Virus record (IMG/VR): IMGVR_UViG_651703075_000001
Coordinates: 1-64,000 of that record
Direction: 5' to 3' (one strand)
Origin: a virus
Lineage: Duplodnaviria; Heunggongvirae; Uroviricota; Caudoviricetes
DNA: 64,000 nt
This document shows positions 8,289 through 18,447 of this stretch, piece after piece. A program made the position numbers and the translations under genes. The notes below the pieces were generated by a model. It was not told where the DNA came from and made no database searches. It worked only from the letters and a program-made list of their open reading frames with translations. The number at the start of each line of letters is the position of its first letter. The stretch's first letter is position 1.

Positions 8289-10614
8289 AGAGATTACAAA
8301 GCTCGTCGGGACGATCCAGTGGAGGGCGGATAACCGCCCCCTGCTGACGTTCAAGAAGAACCTGGAACAGGTCAGAGACCGCCTCAACGAAGTGGCTGGC
8401 CTGGCCAACAAGAAAGTGACGATGAGGGTTGACCTTGATGGTCGAAGCCTGGCAGCCAAGATCAAAATGGCTACCAATGCCCAGATTCGTCTCAAGAATG
8501 TGGACATCGCCCAGGACACGCTGGGAACGATGGTCAAGAAGCTCAGTGAGCGACTGGCAAACACTCCAGTCACGCTGAGCAATGTCCGTTTCAACATCAA
8601 GGATATCGCCCAACAGAAGCGATTCCTTCGCACGTTTATGCAAGGCTTGGCTCTGGAAATTCCCGTCTCGATTCGAGCGAGGAAGGCAGAGCAAGCCCTG
8701 TTGGCATGGAAGCGGCAGACTGAGCAACGCTTCACGCTTCACCTGAACGCCGACATCAGTCAATCCAAGTTCTACCGAAATGCTCGTCGGACCATCGACG
8801 CAGTGATTCAGCGGCTAGGCACTATCACTCTGCGGACGCCCAATATCAGGCTGTCGGTTGACAGGGCTCACCTCCGGCAAGAGATTGCGGATGTCCTGGC
8901 CCAGATTCGCCGAGAGGCTAGAATTAGAATCGATTTGCAAGGCCATGTCAACCAGGTAAGGGGCAGGAATGCCCATGCTGTGGGAGGTATGGCTGGTGCT
9001 GGTGCAGGGGCTGCTGTAGCCCATTGGGGACGAGGCTTTATCCCCGGCCTGGGGGGCGCGTTTGCCATCTCCCAGATGAACCAGATGGGTCAGCAAATGA
9101 TCGCCCAGCAGAACGCCATGGCTGCGGTAGGTGGTAGCCAGGAAGCTGGTCAAGCCACTATGGCACAGTTCAAGCAGATGGCCAACGAGGTCGGCTTCGA
9201 CTGGCGAGCTGTTGCACCTTCCTACACCAAGATGCTGGCCTCTGGACAGGGCGCCGGAATGGACAAAGATGTTGTTGACAGCATCTTCCGTTCCATGACA
9301 GAGTATGGTACAGTAATGGGCTTGGATACCGAGTCCATGAAAGGTTCTTTGCGCGCCGTCGAACAGATGATGAACAAAGAACAGGTGATGTCTGAGGAAC
9401 TGAAGCTTCAGTTGGGTGAACGGTTCCCGGCAGCTATGAGCCTTATGGCCCAGGCTGTTTCTGCGAAGGAAGGCAGGGAGATCAGCACCAAGGAACTTGG
9501 TGATATGATGGCGAAGGGGTTGGTCCGAACGGACGTGCTTCCCGAGTTCGCTCGTATCATTGCCGAGAAGGCCCGAGAAGGCGGTGCGTTGTCCAGGGCG
9601 CAGAACTCCACTGCTGCCCAACAGCAGCGCTTTAACAACGCCTGGTCGGACGCTGTGGGGCTGATCTACAACAACGGCATGGGCCAGGGCATGGCCAACC
9701 TGTTCAAGGAGATGGCTCGGACGCTGAATGATAACGAGGAGGCTGTAAAAGGCCTGGGTGCTGCGATGGAGTGGCTCCTTTCCCCGTTTGAGGCAGCCGC
9801 TATCTTGATTCGTCAGATGCTGCAACAACTACCCGACCTGGCCAGCAAGCTGGGACTGACATCTGGACAGTTGATGGCTTTGGCTGGAGCTATCGGCCTT
9901 GCGCTATTCCCGTTGGGGCAGATTGCCTTGGCTATTGGCGGCCTGTTCCTGGTGGTCGAGGATTTCGTCGGCTTCCTGCAAGGGAAGGATAGCGTAATTG
10001 GCGACTTCTTCAACCAACTGACGCCAGAGCAGCAAGCTGTGTGGCTGAAGATCGGTGGGGCAGTAGTCCAGACAGCAGAGGCGGTTGGTCGCCTGGCTGA
10101 AGCCATGGGAGAGCTGCTGGGAGGGTTCGCTGAGGGTGGTATGTTCTCCACTGCGCTGGACTTCTTCACGTCGAAGATTCTGGCCGTGCTGACAGTCATC
10201 ACCAAGCTGGTTCAGGCTGCTGAAGCCCTGAAGAATAAGGATTTTGGCAAGGCTGCGAAGCTTGCTGGAGACGCCGGGGCCGTAGCGCTGTCGAACAGCC
10301 CGGTAACCATGCTCCTCCGTGATGACCTCCGGCAGGACCTTGAGGCCCGAGCCCGACGTGCTCAGAATGACATGGGGCGGAACATAGATGAAGACGTTGT
10401 TCGCCGAGTCCCTGAGTACCTCAAAGCGGAGAACGGGGTGGGTGGTATGCCCAGTGTAGGGCAGATTACCCTGAACATCCCCATCCAGATTGAGAGCGCT
10501 CCTCAAATCCAGGATGAAAAGGAGTTCAGCGAGATGCTTCAAACCCGAATCATGGACAGCTTCCATGACACTCTTCGCCAGGCCATGGTGGATGCATCGG
10601 AGAACAAGAAATGA
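8278..10614 (+). CDS. tail tape measure protein
   Basis: 778 aa, helical, Ala/Gly/Met/Gln-rich with hydrophobic segment (LALAGAIGLALFPLGQIALAIGGLFLVV); follows chaperone pair. Confidence 0.75.
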   Translation: MATEEITKLVGTIQWRADNRPLLTFKKNLEQVRDRLNEVAGLANKKVTMRVDLDGRSLAAKIKMATNAQIRLKNVDIAQDTLGTMVKKLSERLANTPVTLSNVRFNIKDIAQQKRFLRTFMQGLALEIPVSIRARKAEQALLAWKRQTEQRFTLHLNADISQSKFYRNARRTIDAVIQRLGTITLRTPNIRLSVDRAHLRQEIADVLAQIRREARIRIDLQGHVNQVRGRNAHAVGGMAGAGAGAAVAHWGRGFIPGLGGAFAISQMNQMGQQMIAQQNAMAAVGGSQEAGQATMAQFKQMANEVGFDWRAVAPSYTKMLASGQGAGMDKDVVDSIFRSMTEYGTVMGLDTESMKGSLRAVEQMMNKEQVMSEELKLQLGERFPAAMSLMAQAVSAKEGREISTKELGDMMAKGLVRTDVLPEFARIIAEKAREGGALSRAQNSTAAQQQRFNNAWSDAVGLIYNNGMGQGMANLFKEMARTLNDNEEAVKGLGAAMEWLLSPFEAAAILIRQMLQQLPDLASKLGLTSGQLMALAGAIGLALFPLGQIALAIGGLFLVVEDFVGFLQGKDSVIGDFFNQLTPEQQAVWLKIGGAVVQTAEAVGRLAEAMGELLGGFAEGGMFSTALDFFTSKILAVLTVITKLVQAAEALKNKDFGKAAKLAGDAGAVALSNSPVTMLLRDDLRQDLEARARRAQNDMGRNIDEDVVRRVPEYLKAENGVGGMPSVGQITLNIPIQIESAPQIQDEKEFSEMLQTRIMDSFHDTLRQAMVDASENKK

Positions 10615-11378
10615 CGGTAGCTATTCAACGAGAGTCCGGGGATATCATCTGGTTCGATGCGATTCTGAACCTGAACATCTCCCGGGCTAACCAGGTGACT
10701 CAGCACGTGGTAGAATCGGGAGCTTCGGTTACCGACCATGTGATTGCTCAGAATCAGAAGATGACCCTTTCGGGGGTCGTCTCTGACGCTGACTTCAACC
10801 TGGACAGGCCAGTTATTACGGCTGCTGACGCACAGGCTTTCGGGATCACCCCTAAGCCTTTTGTCAATAGTACGCCAGTGACATCGGGCCCCATCATCAC
10901 CCCGGGGGCAGACACGGCCTGGACGAACTTCCTCCCGGAGACGGTCAACCAGTTCTTGGACCTGGACAGGCCCACCGTGGTGGTTCCAGCGGCTCCCAAG
11001 GAGAAGGGGGCAAACCTGATCCGAGAAGAACTGGACAGGATCACCAGGGACCGTGAGAGGATTGTCCTGCTGGACTTCGAAGGCTCTGCTGTGAGGACCA
11101 TCTTCCAGAACGTGGTGATCACCTCGATCAGCTTCAAGGAAGACCCGCAGAGCGGTGAGTCGTTGTATGTGGACCTGGCATTTGAGGTGATCAGGACAAC
11201 CACCTTCCAGACGGCAGCCATTCCTAAGAAGGTGAGCGAATCGATCAAGAACAAGGCTAGCGAGAAGCAGGCCAAGGGCAAGCAAGCCCCGAAAGATGAG
11301 AAGGTAACGGATGCAGACGGGAAGAACCCGAAAGGGGAAACCGTATTGCACAGGATGACTAACCGGGAGGTGCGATAG
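10611..11378 (+). CDS. tail/baseplate assembly protein
   Basis: 255 aa, ATGA overlap with tape measure; first gene of baseplate block. Confidence 0.45.
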   Translation: MTVAIQRESGDIIWFDAILNLNISRANQVTQHVVESGASVTDHVIAQNQKMTLSGVVSDADFNLDRPVITAADAQAFGITPKPFVNSTPVTSGPIITPGADTAWTNFLPETVNQFLDLDRPTVVVPAAPKEKGANLIREELDRITRDRERIVLLDFEGSAVRTIFQNVVITSISFKEDPQSGESLYVDLAFEVIRTTTFQTAAIPKKVSESIKNKASEKQAKGKQAPKDEKVTDADGKNPKGETVLHRMTNREVR

Positions 11379-11743
11379 TGGCTATCCGAGAGCGGGCCAG
11401 GCTGGTGGAGCTACCCACTTACCGAGACCCACAATACGCCTACCAAATGAAGCTGGGGGACCAAATTCGGTACCTCAGCTTTTCTTGGTCGGATAGGCAA
11501 CGATATTGGCACATGACCGTAGAAAACATGGACGGAGAGGTTATCATTCGGAACATGAAGTTGGTTCCGAACTACCCTCTAGGCTATGACTACGGATGGG
11601 CCAGGTACGGGCTGAACGGGTATTTTCTAGTTCTCCCCGACAACCACAAGAACGACATCTGTGAAGATATCTCTACTCTCAACGAGTTCTTCGAACTGTA
11701 CTACGTGGAGATTGAGGAATACGACGATAGCGAGGAGGTGTAA
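11378..11743 (+). CDS. hypothetical baseplate-module protein
   Basis: 121 aa, GTG/ATG overlap with upstream gene. Confidence 0.4.
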   Translation: MAIRERARLVELPTYRDPQYAYQMKLGDQIRYLSFSWSDRQRYWHMTVENMDGEVIIRNMKLVPNYPLGYDYGWARYGLNGYFLVLPDNHKNDICEDISTLNEFFELYYVEIEEYDDSEEV

Positions 11744-12625
11744 ATGGAACAGTTCGAACGGGTGTACTTGCTCACCGTTGGAGATTACCGGACAGGCAAG
11801 GGAGTCCTGATCAAGGATGTACACATGCGGTTCGACATCAGCAAGTCGGCAGACAACAAGAAGAAGTCCAACAGTGCCACGGTCGAACTGTACAACCTCT
11901 CAGCAAGCACCCGAGCAATGCTTGATACGGACTATTTGTCGGTCAAACTGGAAGTAGGGTATACGGCAGCCGGAACCCGGGTGGTACTGGAGGGCAACGT
12001 GGTTGAACGCCGGACTGCCCAGCAGGGCCCGGACATGGTGACTCAGCTCATCCTGGGTGAGGGGTACACCGACCTAAACCACATCCGGCTCAAGCAGACG
12101 ATTCCTCCGGGGCAGACTGCCAAGGATGTCATTGAAGCTGCTATGGGGCAACTGCCCGGCGTGGTACGGGGTGTTTTTTCAGGGACCAATATCAACAACC
12201 CCGTGGTGTTCGGGTACCCCATGGACGGGAGTGCAAAGGAAATCTTGAACGACATTTGCAGGGACAACAACATGGAGTGGCGGTGTGATGCAGGCGCCCT
12301 CTACGTCAACGATGTCAACGGGATTCACGACAAAAACATCAAGTCGGCCCCGGTACTGAACGAATCTACCGGACTGATCGGCATCCCCTACCGGACCTCC
12401 TCTGAAGGTAACCGGCAGAAGGGAGATAAGAGGCGGACGCAAGGTGTTCAATTCAAAGCCCTGTTGAACGCCGACTTTGCCCCTGGGCAAGTGGTTCGTA
12501 TCGAGTCAAAAGAGGTGACAGGCTGGTATCGGATCAACTCAGCCAGGTACTACGGGGGCTACGATGACCAGGAATGGTACGTTGATTGCTTCTGTGGCAT
12601 CATTATCGAGGAAGACCTCAGATGA
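11744..12625 (+). CDS. baseplate hub-like protein (Mu gp44 / XkdQ-like position)
   Basis: 293 aa, position and size in Mu/PBSX-like baseplate order. Confidence 0.4.
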   Translation: MEQFERVYLLTVGDYRTGKGVLIKDVHMRFDISKSADNKKKSNSATVELYNLSASTRAMLDTDYLSVKLEVGYTAAGTRVVLEGNVVERRTAQQGPDMVTQLILGEGYTDLNHIRLKQTIPPGQTAKDVIEAAMGQLPGVVRGVFSGTNINNPVVFGYPMDGSAKEILNDICRDNNMEWRCDAGALYVNDVNGIHDKNIKSAPVLNESTGLIGIPYRTSSEGNRQKGDKRRTQGVQFKALLNADFAPGQVVRIESKEVTGWYRINSARYYGGYDDQEWYVDCFCGIIIEEDLR

Positions 12626-13380
12626 TTGAACTAAGTTTCAGCAGCGTGGTGAACACGCTGATCGAGCAACAACTGAACAATGTGAGAACAGCTATCCCGG
12701 GAAGGGTCATCCGAGTCTACAAAGACCTTGAGACACTGATGATTGACGCTCAGCCCCTGGTTAACCGGCTCTACGATGACGGGACTTCAGAGGAGCAGCC
12801 TACCATTCTTTCTGTGCCTGTGCAAATGCCGGGAACTAGAAGGACCTTGGTCAGCTTCCCCTTGTTCCCCGGAGATGAGGTTCTACTGGTCTTCTGCGAG
12901 CGAGGCATTGATAACTTTAAAGCCGGTACCGGGAACCCCACCAAGCCCACGGGGTCTCGAACTTTCAGTGGACGTGATGCTGTGGCTATTCCTGGGGTCT
13001 TCCCCTTCGCAGTCAGCCCCAATAACCCTGCACACAGGAAGTTTCCTCACAGCACCTACGACCTGGTGGTAGCCCACAACCTGGCCACCGCAACTGAGTG
13101 CGAGGTGAGGCTGAAGGAGAATGGGAACATCGAACTCCTGACGGACCTAGACGTGAACGTCAAGGCCCGGAACATCACCTTGGAAGGGTCAGAAGGGATT
13201 ACCCTGAACACACCGGCCCTGAAAGTCCAGGCACAGAATACCACCTGGACAGGGAACATCACCCACTCTGGAAACTACACCCAGACAGGTGTATCGACAT
13301 TCAACGGCATTCCGTTCCACACCCACGTGCATGGAGGGGTTATGCCTGGCGGTGGTACTACTGCCGTCCCACAAGCGTGA
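12622..13380 (+). CDS. baseplate central spike protein (gpV-like)
   Basis: 252 aa from ATG overlapping upstream stop (ATGA); C-terminal Gly-rich GGVMPGGGTT apex-like tail. Confidence 0.45.
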   Translation: MIELSFSSVVNTLIEQQLNNVRTAIPGRVIRVYKDLETLMIDAQPLVNRLYDDGTSEEQPTILSVPVQMPGTRRTLVSFPLFPGDEVLLVFCERGIDNFKAGTGNPTKPTGSRTFSGRDAVAIPGVFPFAVSPNNPAHRKFPHSTYDLVVAHNLATATECEVRLKENGNIELLTDLDVNVKARNITLEGSEGITLNTPALKVQAQNTTWTGNITHSGNYTQTGVSTFNGIPFHTHVHGGVMPGGGTTAVPQA

Positions 13381-13386
13381 GGGATT

Positions 13387-13752
13387 ATGGACCTTCTACT
13401 GGATGAAAATAGTCACGACATCGTGTTCGTGAATGGGCAAACCCCTGTGACTCAGGGGCAAGTCCAGATTGTAGCTCAAAGGCTCAAAATCAAGCTCTGG
13501 ACGTTCCTGGGTGAGTGGTTCTTGAACCTGGACGTAGGGGTGCCCTACCGTCAAAGAATCCTCACCAAGGTGGCCCACAAGGCGACGGTGGACATCATCT
13601 TTCAACGCCTCTTGGCTGAGGACGAGGGGGTGAAGGAAATCCTGGAATACCGAAGCGAATACAACGCGCCCGCTCGGCGCTTCACCTTAGAATTCAAAGT
13701 GCGGACTTACTCCAACGAAGAAGTAGCCGTGCGACTGCCGCTGGAGGTATAA
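13387..13752 (+). CDS. baseplate wedge protein (gpW/gp25-like)
   Basis: 121 aa, size/position typical of gp25-like protein before baseplate J. Confidence 0.45.
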   Translation: MDLLLDENSHDIVFVNGQTPVTQGQVQIVAQRLKIKLWTFLGEWFLNLDVGVPYRQRILTKVAHKATVDIIFQRLLAEDEGVKEILEYRSEYNAPARRFTLEFKVRTYSNEEVAVRLPLEV

Positions 13753-15219
13753 ATGGCTGGATTGACTGACAAAGGACTGGAAATCCGGTACCTTCCTGAG
13801 GTACTGGAGCAGTACCACAACCGAGCCCAGGACATCTTCTCTGACGAAGTTGAACCTGGTGATGTAGTAGATACCAGTGAGAACTCTGCCCTGGGCCGGA
13901 TGATTGGCGTAGTAGCCCCAAGTGTGGCTGAGCTGTGGGAAGCCCTGCAAGAGGTGCATGACAGTTTCAACCCCAACGTGGCAACCGGCTACGCTCTGGA
14001 TAACGAAGTTGCTCTCTCGGGTATCATCCGATACGCTGAAGAGCCCACCAGGGCTCAAGTAGTGTTTGAGGGTAACTACAACATCGTGGTCAGCTCGGTA
14101 GGCTCTGTATCCTCCAGCGTCACCTTGAGGCAGTTCCGGGTGATTACCCCGGTATTGATGAACCTTCAACAAGCTTCAGGGGTAGCCTGGAGGGTCACGG
14201 CTGTTGAAGCTGGACACGAGTATAAGATCGGTTACTCGACGGATGGTGGCAGCAACTTTGTATATGCCACGTACACCGCGACACCCACGGACACTGCAAC
14301 GTCTATTCAGACCATGCTGGGTCAAAAGGTATCTCAGTCGTGGACCAGCTTCGAAACACAGACTGATGCCAAGAACAACTACAACTGGGCCCGTCGCAGG
14401 AATCGTCTCCAGATTGTCCACTTCGACCTGGACCCCCGCATCACCCCAATCAAGGTGGCCAAACCCGGGGTGGTAGAGGATACCCAAATGGGCCCATCGA
14501 CTCAACTTCCAGGGACGATTGACACCATCTCGGTGCCAATCCTGGGCTGGGATTCGGTGTACAACCCGACCAATGCCGTATCCGGCAGGTTCAGGGAGAC
14601 GGATGTCGAACTCCGGGAACGTTGGAGGAATTCTAAGTTCTACCAGGCCGCTGCCATCTTGGAAGCGATGCTGGATGGCATGCACCAAGTTCCTGGGGTG
14701 CGAGATGTGACCATCATTGAGAATGACACCAACAACCATGACTCGGTGCATAACGTTCCTCCCCACGCCTTCACGGTGATCACTCATGGGGGTGACGACT
14801 CTGACATCGGCAAGATGATTTGGCAGAAGAAGCCTACAGGTATCCAAGCCTTCGGGGACACGGTGGTGCAGATTGCGGACTCCCAGGGCAAGGTTCACTC
14901 CATTGGATTCCGCAGAGCCAAAGAGATTGAGGTCCAGGTCAACCTAAACATCTCTGCCATTGCAGGTCAGGTTCTTCCCGGGGATGTAAAGGAACAGGTC
15001 ACTGCTGCCATCCTGGCGTACCAAGATGGGCTGGACAAAATTGGTAAAGAGGTGGTATACTCTAGACTATACACTCCGATTAACAGCGTTCCAGGGTTCC
15101 AGGTTAACAGCTTGACCATTGGAAAGAAAGGGGGCACCCAGGCCATGGCGAACATCCCTGTAGGGTATGACGAGGTGGCTATTTTCGATGCCACCCGTAT
15201 TGCAATCACGGTGACCTGA
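13753..15219 (+). CDS. baseplate J-like protein
   Basis: 488 aa, follows gp25-like gene, precedes gpI-like and fiber genes. Confidence 0.5.
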   Translation: MAGLTDKGLEIRYLPEVLEQYHNRAQDIFSDEVEPGDVVDTSENSALGRMIGVVAPSVAELWEALQEVHDSFNPNVATGYALDNEVALSGIIRYAEEPTRAQVVFEGNYNIVVSSVGSVSSSVTLRQFRVITPVLMNLQQASGVAWRVTAVEAGHEYKIGYSTDGGSNFVYATYTATPTDTATSIQTMLGQKVSQSWTSFETQTDAKNNYNWARRRNRLQIVHFDLDPRITPIKVAKPGVVEDTQMGPSTQLPGTIDTISVPILGWDSVYNPTNAVSGRFRETDVELRERWRNSKFYQAAAILEAMLDGMHQVPGVRDVTIIENDTNNHDSVHNVPPHAFTVITHGGDDSDIGKMIWQKKPTGIQAFGDTVVQIADSQGKVHSIGFRRAKEIEVQVNLNISAIAGQVLPGDVKEQVTAAILAYQDGLDKIGKEVVYSRLYTPINSVPGFQVNSLTIGKKGGTQAMANIPVGYDEVAIFDATRIAITVT

Positions 15220-15220
15220 T

Positions 15221-15985
15221 ATGCTGGAAAAGAACCAGTTCCGGATGATTGACTTTCTGAAAGTCGCTCAAAGCCGGTACACAGAGCAATTCAAGAAGAA
15301 GCCGATCTTCGATAAGTTCGTAGAGCTGCTTCTTCAGGCTCAAATTGAACTGCAAGAGGTTATGCGCCAGGTCCAGCAAGAGCGGACCCTGGACACAGCA
15401 GTAGGGGCTCAATTGGACGTTCTGGGGGAGATTGTAGGTCTTCCCCGGAGTCTTGTCACTGCCGAGATATTCAAATTCTTCGGCTACAAAGACCGTCCTG
15501 ACAACCCAACCCCGCTACCGACCCCGGGCAACGCTGGACCTTACGGTTCCTTGAACGACCCTTCAGTCGGGGCACCTTGGTGGGGGTTGGGGCAAGCTAC
15601 TGAGATTTCCCGGGAGGCAACGGACGAAGAGTACCGCCTGATGATCAAGGCGAAGATTCTGAAGAACCGGACGCTATCTACCCCGGAGGATGTGATCGAA
15701 GCCTACAAGTTCCTGTTTGGGGCTAGCCAGATCATCATCGACGAACTGGGAAACGCCAACTGCCGTATCGGCATCGGGAAGATTCTTTCTACCGTGGAAA
15801 GAGGTTTGCTGTTCGAGCTGGGCAACGTGGCCAGCCTGTTGCCGAAGACCTTGGGTGTGAACTACACCTATTCGGAATTCTCTGCTGACCGCCCGTTTGC
15901 CACCGAAGGCTTCCAGGGAGGTTTTGGCACAGGTGACCTGAACGACCCCTCGGTAGGTGGTATTCTGTCGAACCTTCTAACGTAA
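15221..15985 (+). CDS. baseplate gpI-like protein (DUF2313-type position)
   Basis: 254 aa between baseplate J and tail fiber. Confidence 0.45.
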   Translation: MLEKNQFRMIDFLKVAQSRYTEQFKKKPIFDKFVELLLQAQIELQEVMRQVQQERTLDTAVGAQLDVLGEIVGLPRSLVTAEIFKFFGYKDRPDNPTPLPTPGNAGPYGSLNDPSVGAPWWGLGQATEISREATDEEYRLMIKAKILKNRTLSTPEDVIEAYKFLFGASQIIIDELGNANCRIGIGKILSTVERGLLFELGNVASLLPKTLGVNYTYSEFSADRPFATEGFQGGFGTGDLNDPSVGGILSNLLT

Positions 15986-15994
15986 GAGAGCAAA

Positions 15995-18016
15995 ATGGCC
16001 AATATCAACAAGATCAGTATGAACCTGATTTGGGGCGTCTCTGGTGATATCACCGCCCCAGGTCCGGAAAAGATGAACAAGGGCTGGGAGGTGGAGGTAG
16101 TCCCCCGGCAATGGTTGAACTACCTGCAAAACCGGTTGGACACCAACGTGGCCTACCTGCTCCAGAAGGGCTTGCCTGAGTGGGACAGTGAGACCGAGTA
16201 TCAGGCAAACACCTCCTATGTACAACGCAACGGTGTAGTGTACAAGGCCTCTCGGACAAATACCAACAGTGAGCCTGGCACGACTGCGGGAAACACCAAC
16301 TGGAACCGGGCTTTCCAAGAGTGGTCTCCAGCTCTGGAGTCCTTGACGGCGCTTACCCCGACTGCGTGGAGATTCCCGTTCTACAACGCTTCAGGACAAG
16401 CAACCCTGGGTGGAATCACCTCCTACACTGTAGGGCTTATGGGTCTTAGCTCCGATGTAGCCTGGCGGGCAGAGCTGAAAGCTCAAGCGAGTGCTTCCCA
16501 GCTCACGTGGCTGTCCAACCTGGCACCTGTAGCTGGAGCTATCCCGTATTTCAATACGGCTACCTCCATGGCCAACCTGGCAACGACCCCGTTTGGTCGA
16601 AACTGGATCGGCGTAGCAGATGCCGCAACGGGTAGGTCGCAGCTTCAACTCGGCAGCGCTGCTGTCATGACGGCCACGGCTATTAATCAGGCGAGCACAG
16701 TTGTTGCCAGGGATTCTACAGGAACTGCCGCCATCGGGACGGTGATTGGTAGCCTGACCGGTAATGCTTCAACTGCGACTCGACTGCAAACCGGGAGAAA
16801 CATCAACGGCGTCCTTTTTGATGGAACCCAGGATATCACTCTCCCGCCCCTGACAGCGGATTACGCAGGGATAGTGGCTCGCCTCCACATCAACGGGGCG
16901 AACATGTCAGGGACTGATAAAACAACCCAGTTGGCACTCCGAAATAAGTCCAACACGGATTGGATCAGTCTGGCTGTAATAGAAGATAACATCCTCCAGT
17001 TTGCTTTCCGAAACACTTCGAACCCCATCGTACAGGTCGGAGGAGAAGTCGTTCTCCACACAGGGAACCAGTTCTCCCTTGGACCAACCCTAAGCGATGC
17101 CCGTAGTCGTCTAGGACTTGACCGAGTGTCCCAAGGGTCGTCCGATACCGTGGTATTCGCTAGCACGTTGAATAACGGTCCGTATTTGACCGTCCAACCA
17201 ACCGCTGTTGGAGGTTTTAACGGGGGAACGCAGACTTGGATGTTCCGATTCGATGGGACTGGGACATTGACTCACGGGACGGTCCCAGTTGCAAGGGTAT
17301 CGGGGCTGGCCAACTCGGCTCAAATCCCTGCTGTAACTACCGCACAATCCAATTCTCTGGTTCAGAGGGATTCAAGCGGGAGCTTTAGTGCGGTAGGCAT
17401 CAACGCCTACGGAAGCATTATCGGGTATGGATCGAACATTTTCAGCCGCTCCTCTGGTACAGGGAATGCCCACATCGGTTTCCAGAAGTCCGATGGGAGT
17501 GAGTTGGGCCTGATTTGGGGTGCTCCGTCCAACGGGTCCATGAACTTCCGGACTCTGGGTGGATCAACAGGCATGACGCTGACAGGCCAAGATTTGACTG
17601 TAGTCGGAAGGGTCAATGCGGCTACGCTGAACGCCTCCGGGAACGCTAACGTTTCAGGCAACGTGAACGTGGGAAGTGCTACCCTCAATACGGCAGGTAA
17701 CATCACGGGTCCTGCCTACGGGGCGTACAATTCCCTGACCAACTGGGTGGATTCGGTATATGCCAAGAAGGGTGAGATTCCTAACGACATTGCCCGAGCT
17801 GGAGCAGCCTGGGACGCCGTAGGGCAGTACATCCTGGCAGGAGACCAGTCAGGCGGGTCGGGGGGCCCTGGCACCATTAGGGCAGGGAGCCAACTGAAAC
17901 CGTACTCTACCATCAGTTACACCGCAGGGGCACTTCCGGCAGCCGGGCAGTACCGTTGCATGGGAGCGTTTGCAGGGGGTGGTAACCAGATCACCCTGTG
18001 GCAACGCATTTCCTAA
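15995..18016 (+). CDS. tail fiber protein 1
   Basis: 673 aa, Gly/Ser/Thr/Asn-rich beta-type composition; N-terminus homologous to N-terminus of second fiber. Confidence 0.6.
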   Translation: MANINKISMNLIWGVSGDITAPGPEKMNKGWEVEVVPRQWLNYLQNRLDTNVAYLLQKGLPEWDSETEYQANTSYVQRNGVVYKASRTNTNSEPGTTAGNTNWNRAFQEWSPALESLTALTPTAWRFPFYNASGQATLGGITSYTVGLMGLSSDVAWRAELKAQASASQLTWLSNLAPVAGAIPYFNTATSMANLATTPFGRNWIGVADAATGRSQLQLGSAAVMTATAINQASTVVARDSTGTAAIGTVIGSLTGNASTATRLQTGRNINGVLFDGTQDITLPPLTADYAGIVARLHINGANMSGTDKTTQLALRNKSNTDWISLAVIEDNILQFAFRNTSNPIVQVGGEVVLHTGNQFSLGPTLSDARSRLGLDRVSQGSSDTVVFASTLNNGPYLTVQPTAVGGFNGGTQTWMFRFDGTGTLTHGTVPVARVSGLANSAQIPAVTTAQSNSLVQRDSSGSFSAVGINAYGSIIGYGSNIFSRSSGTGNAHIGFQKSDGSELGLIWGAPSNGSMNFRTLGGSTGMTLTGQDLTVVGRVNAATLNASGNANVSGNVNVGSATLNTAGNITGPAYGAYNSLTNWVDSVYAKKGEIPNDIARAGAAWDAVGQYILAGDQSGGSGGPGTIRAGSQLKPYSTISYTAGALPAAGQYRCMGAFAGGGNQITLWQRIS

Positions 18017-18019
18017 CCA

Positions 18020-18046
18020 ACAAGGGGCTTCGGCCCCTTACTTCTA
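18020..18046 (+). terminator. hairpin terminator/attenuator (AAGGGGCTTCGGCCCCTT)
   Basis: UUCG-loop GC hairpin directly after fiber 1 stop, weak T tract. Confidence 0.4.
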
Positions 18047-18060
18047 CCTGGAAGGTGAGG

Positions 18061-18438
18061 ATGAAATTCAGAAACGTTGTAAAGTATAAGATGGGGTATG
18101 AGTGTGAGATTAAACACCCGGAATGGGGGTGGTCACCGTACTTCGCCTGCGACTACGACGAGAATGCGAAAAAGATTTATGACGCCATTGTGTCTGCCAT
18201 TGAGGCGGGTGACATCCCAGTCCCGGAAGATGTGTCTGACCGGGATTTGGTCATTGATGCCCGTAACTGGAGAGATAATGAACTACGAGATGCAGATCGT
18301 CAAGTAGAAATGGCCATAGACGATGAAGATGCGGTCAAAGAGAAGGCCTGGCGAAAGTATCGCTCAGCTCTGAGAAAGTGGCCTGAAAAGGCGGGATTCC
18401 CTTCCGCAAAGAGCCGCCCGCGCCGCCCCAAGAATTGA
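18061..18438 (+). CDS. tail fiber assembly protein (Tfa-like)
   Basis: 125 aa from ATG with RBS aaggtgagg; C-terminal W-x-x-YR-x-ALR-x-x-P-x-x-x-GFP motif typical of Tfa chaperones. Confidence 0.5.
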   Translation: MKFRNVVKYKMGYECEIKHPEWGWSPYFACDYDENAKKIYDAIVSAIEAGDIPVPEDVSDRDLVIDARNWRDNELRDADRQVEMAIDDEDAVKEKAWRKYRSALRKWPEKAGFPSAKSRPRRPKN

Positions 18439-18447
18439 GGAAAGATT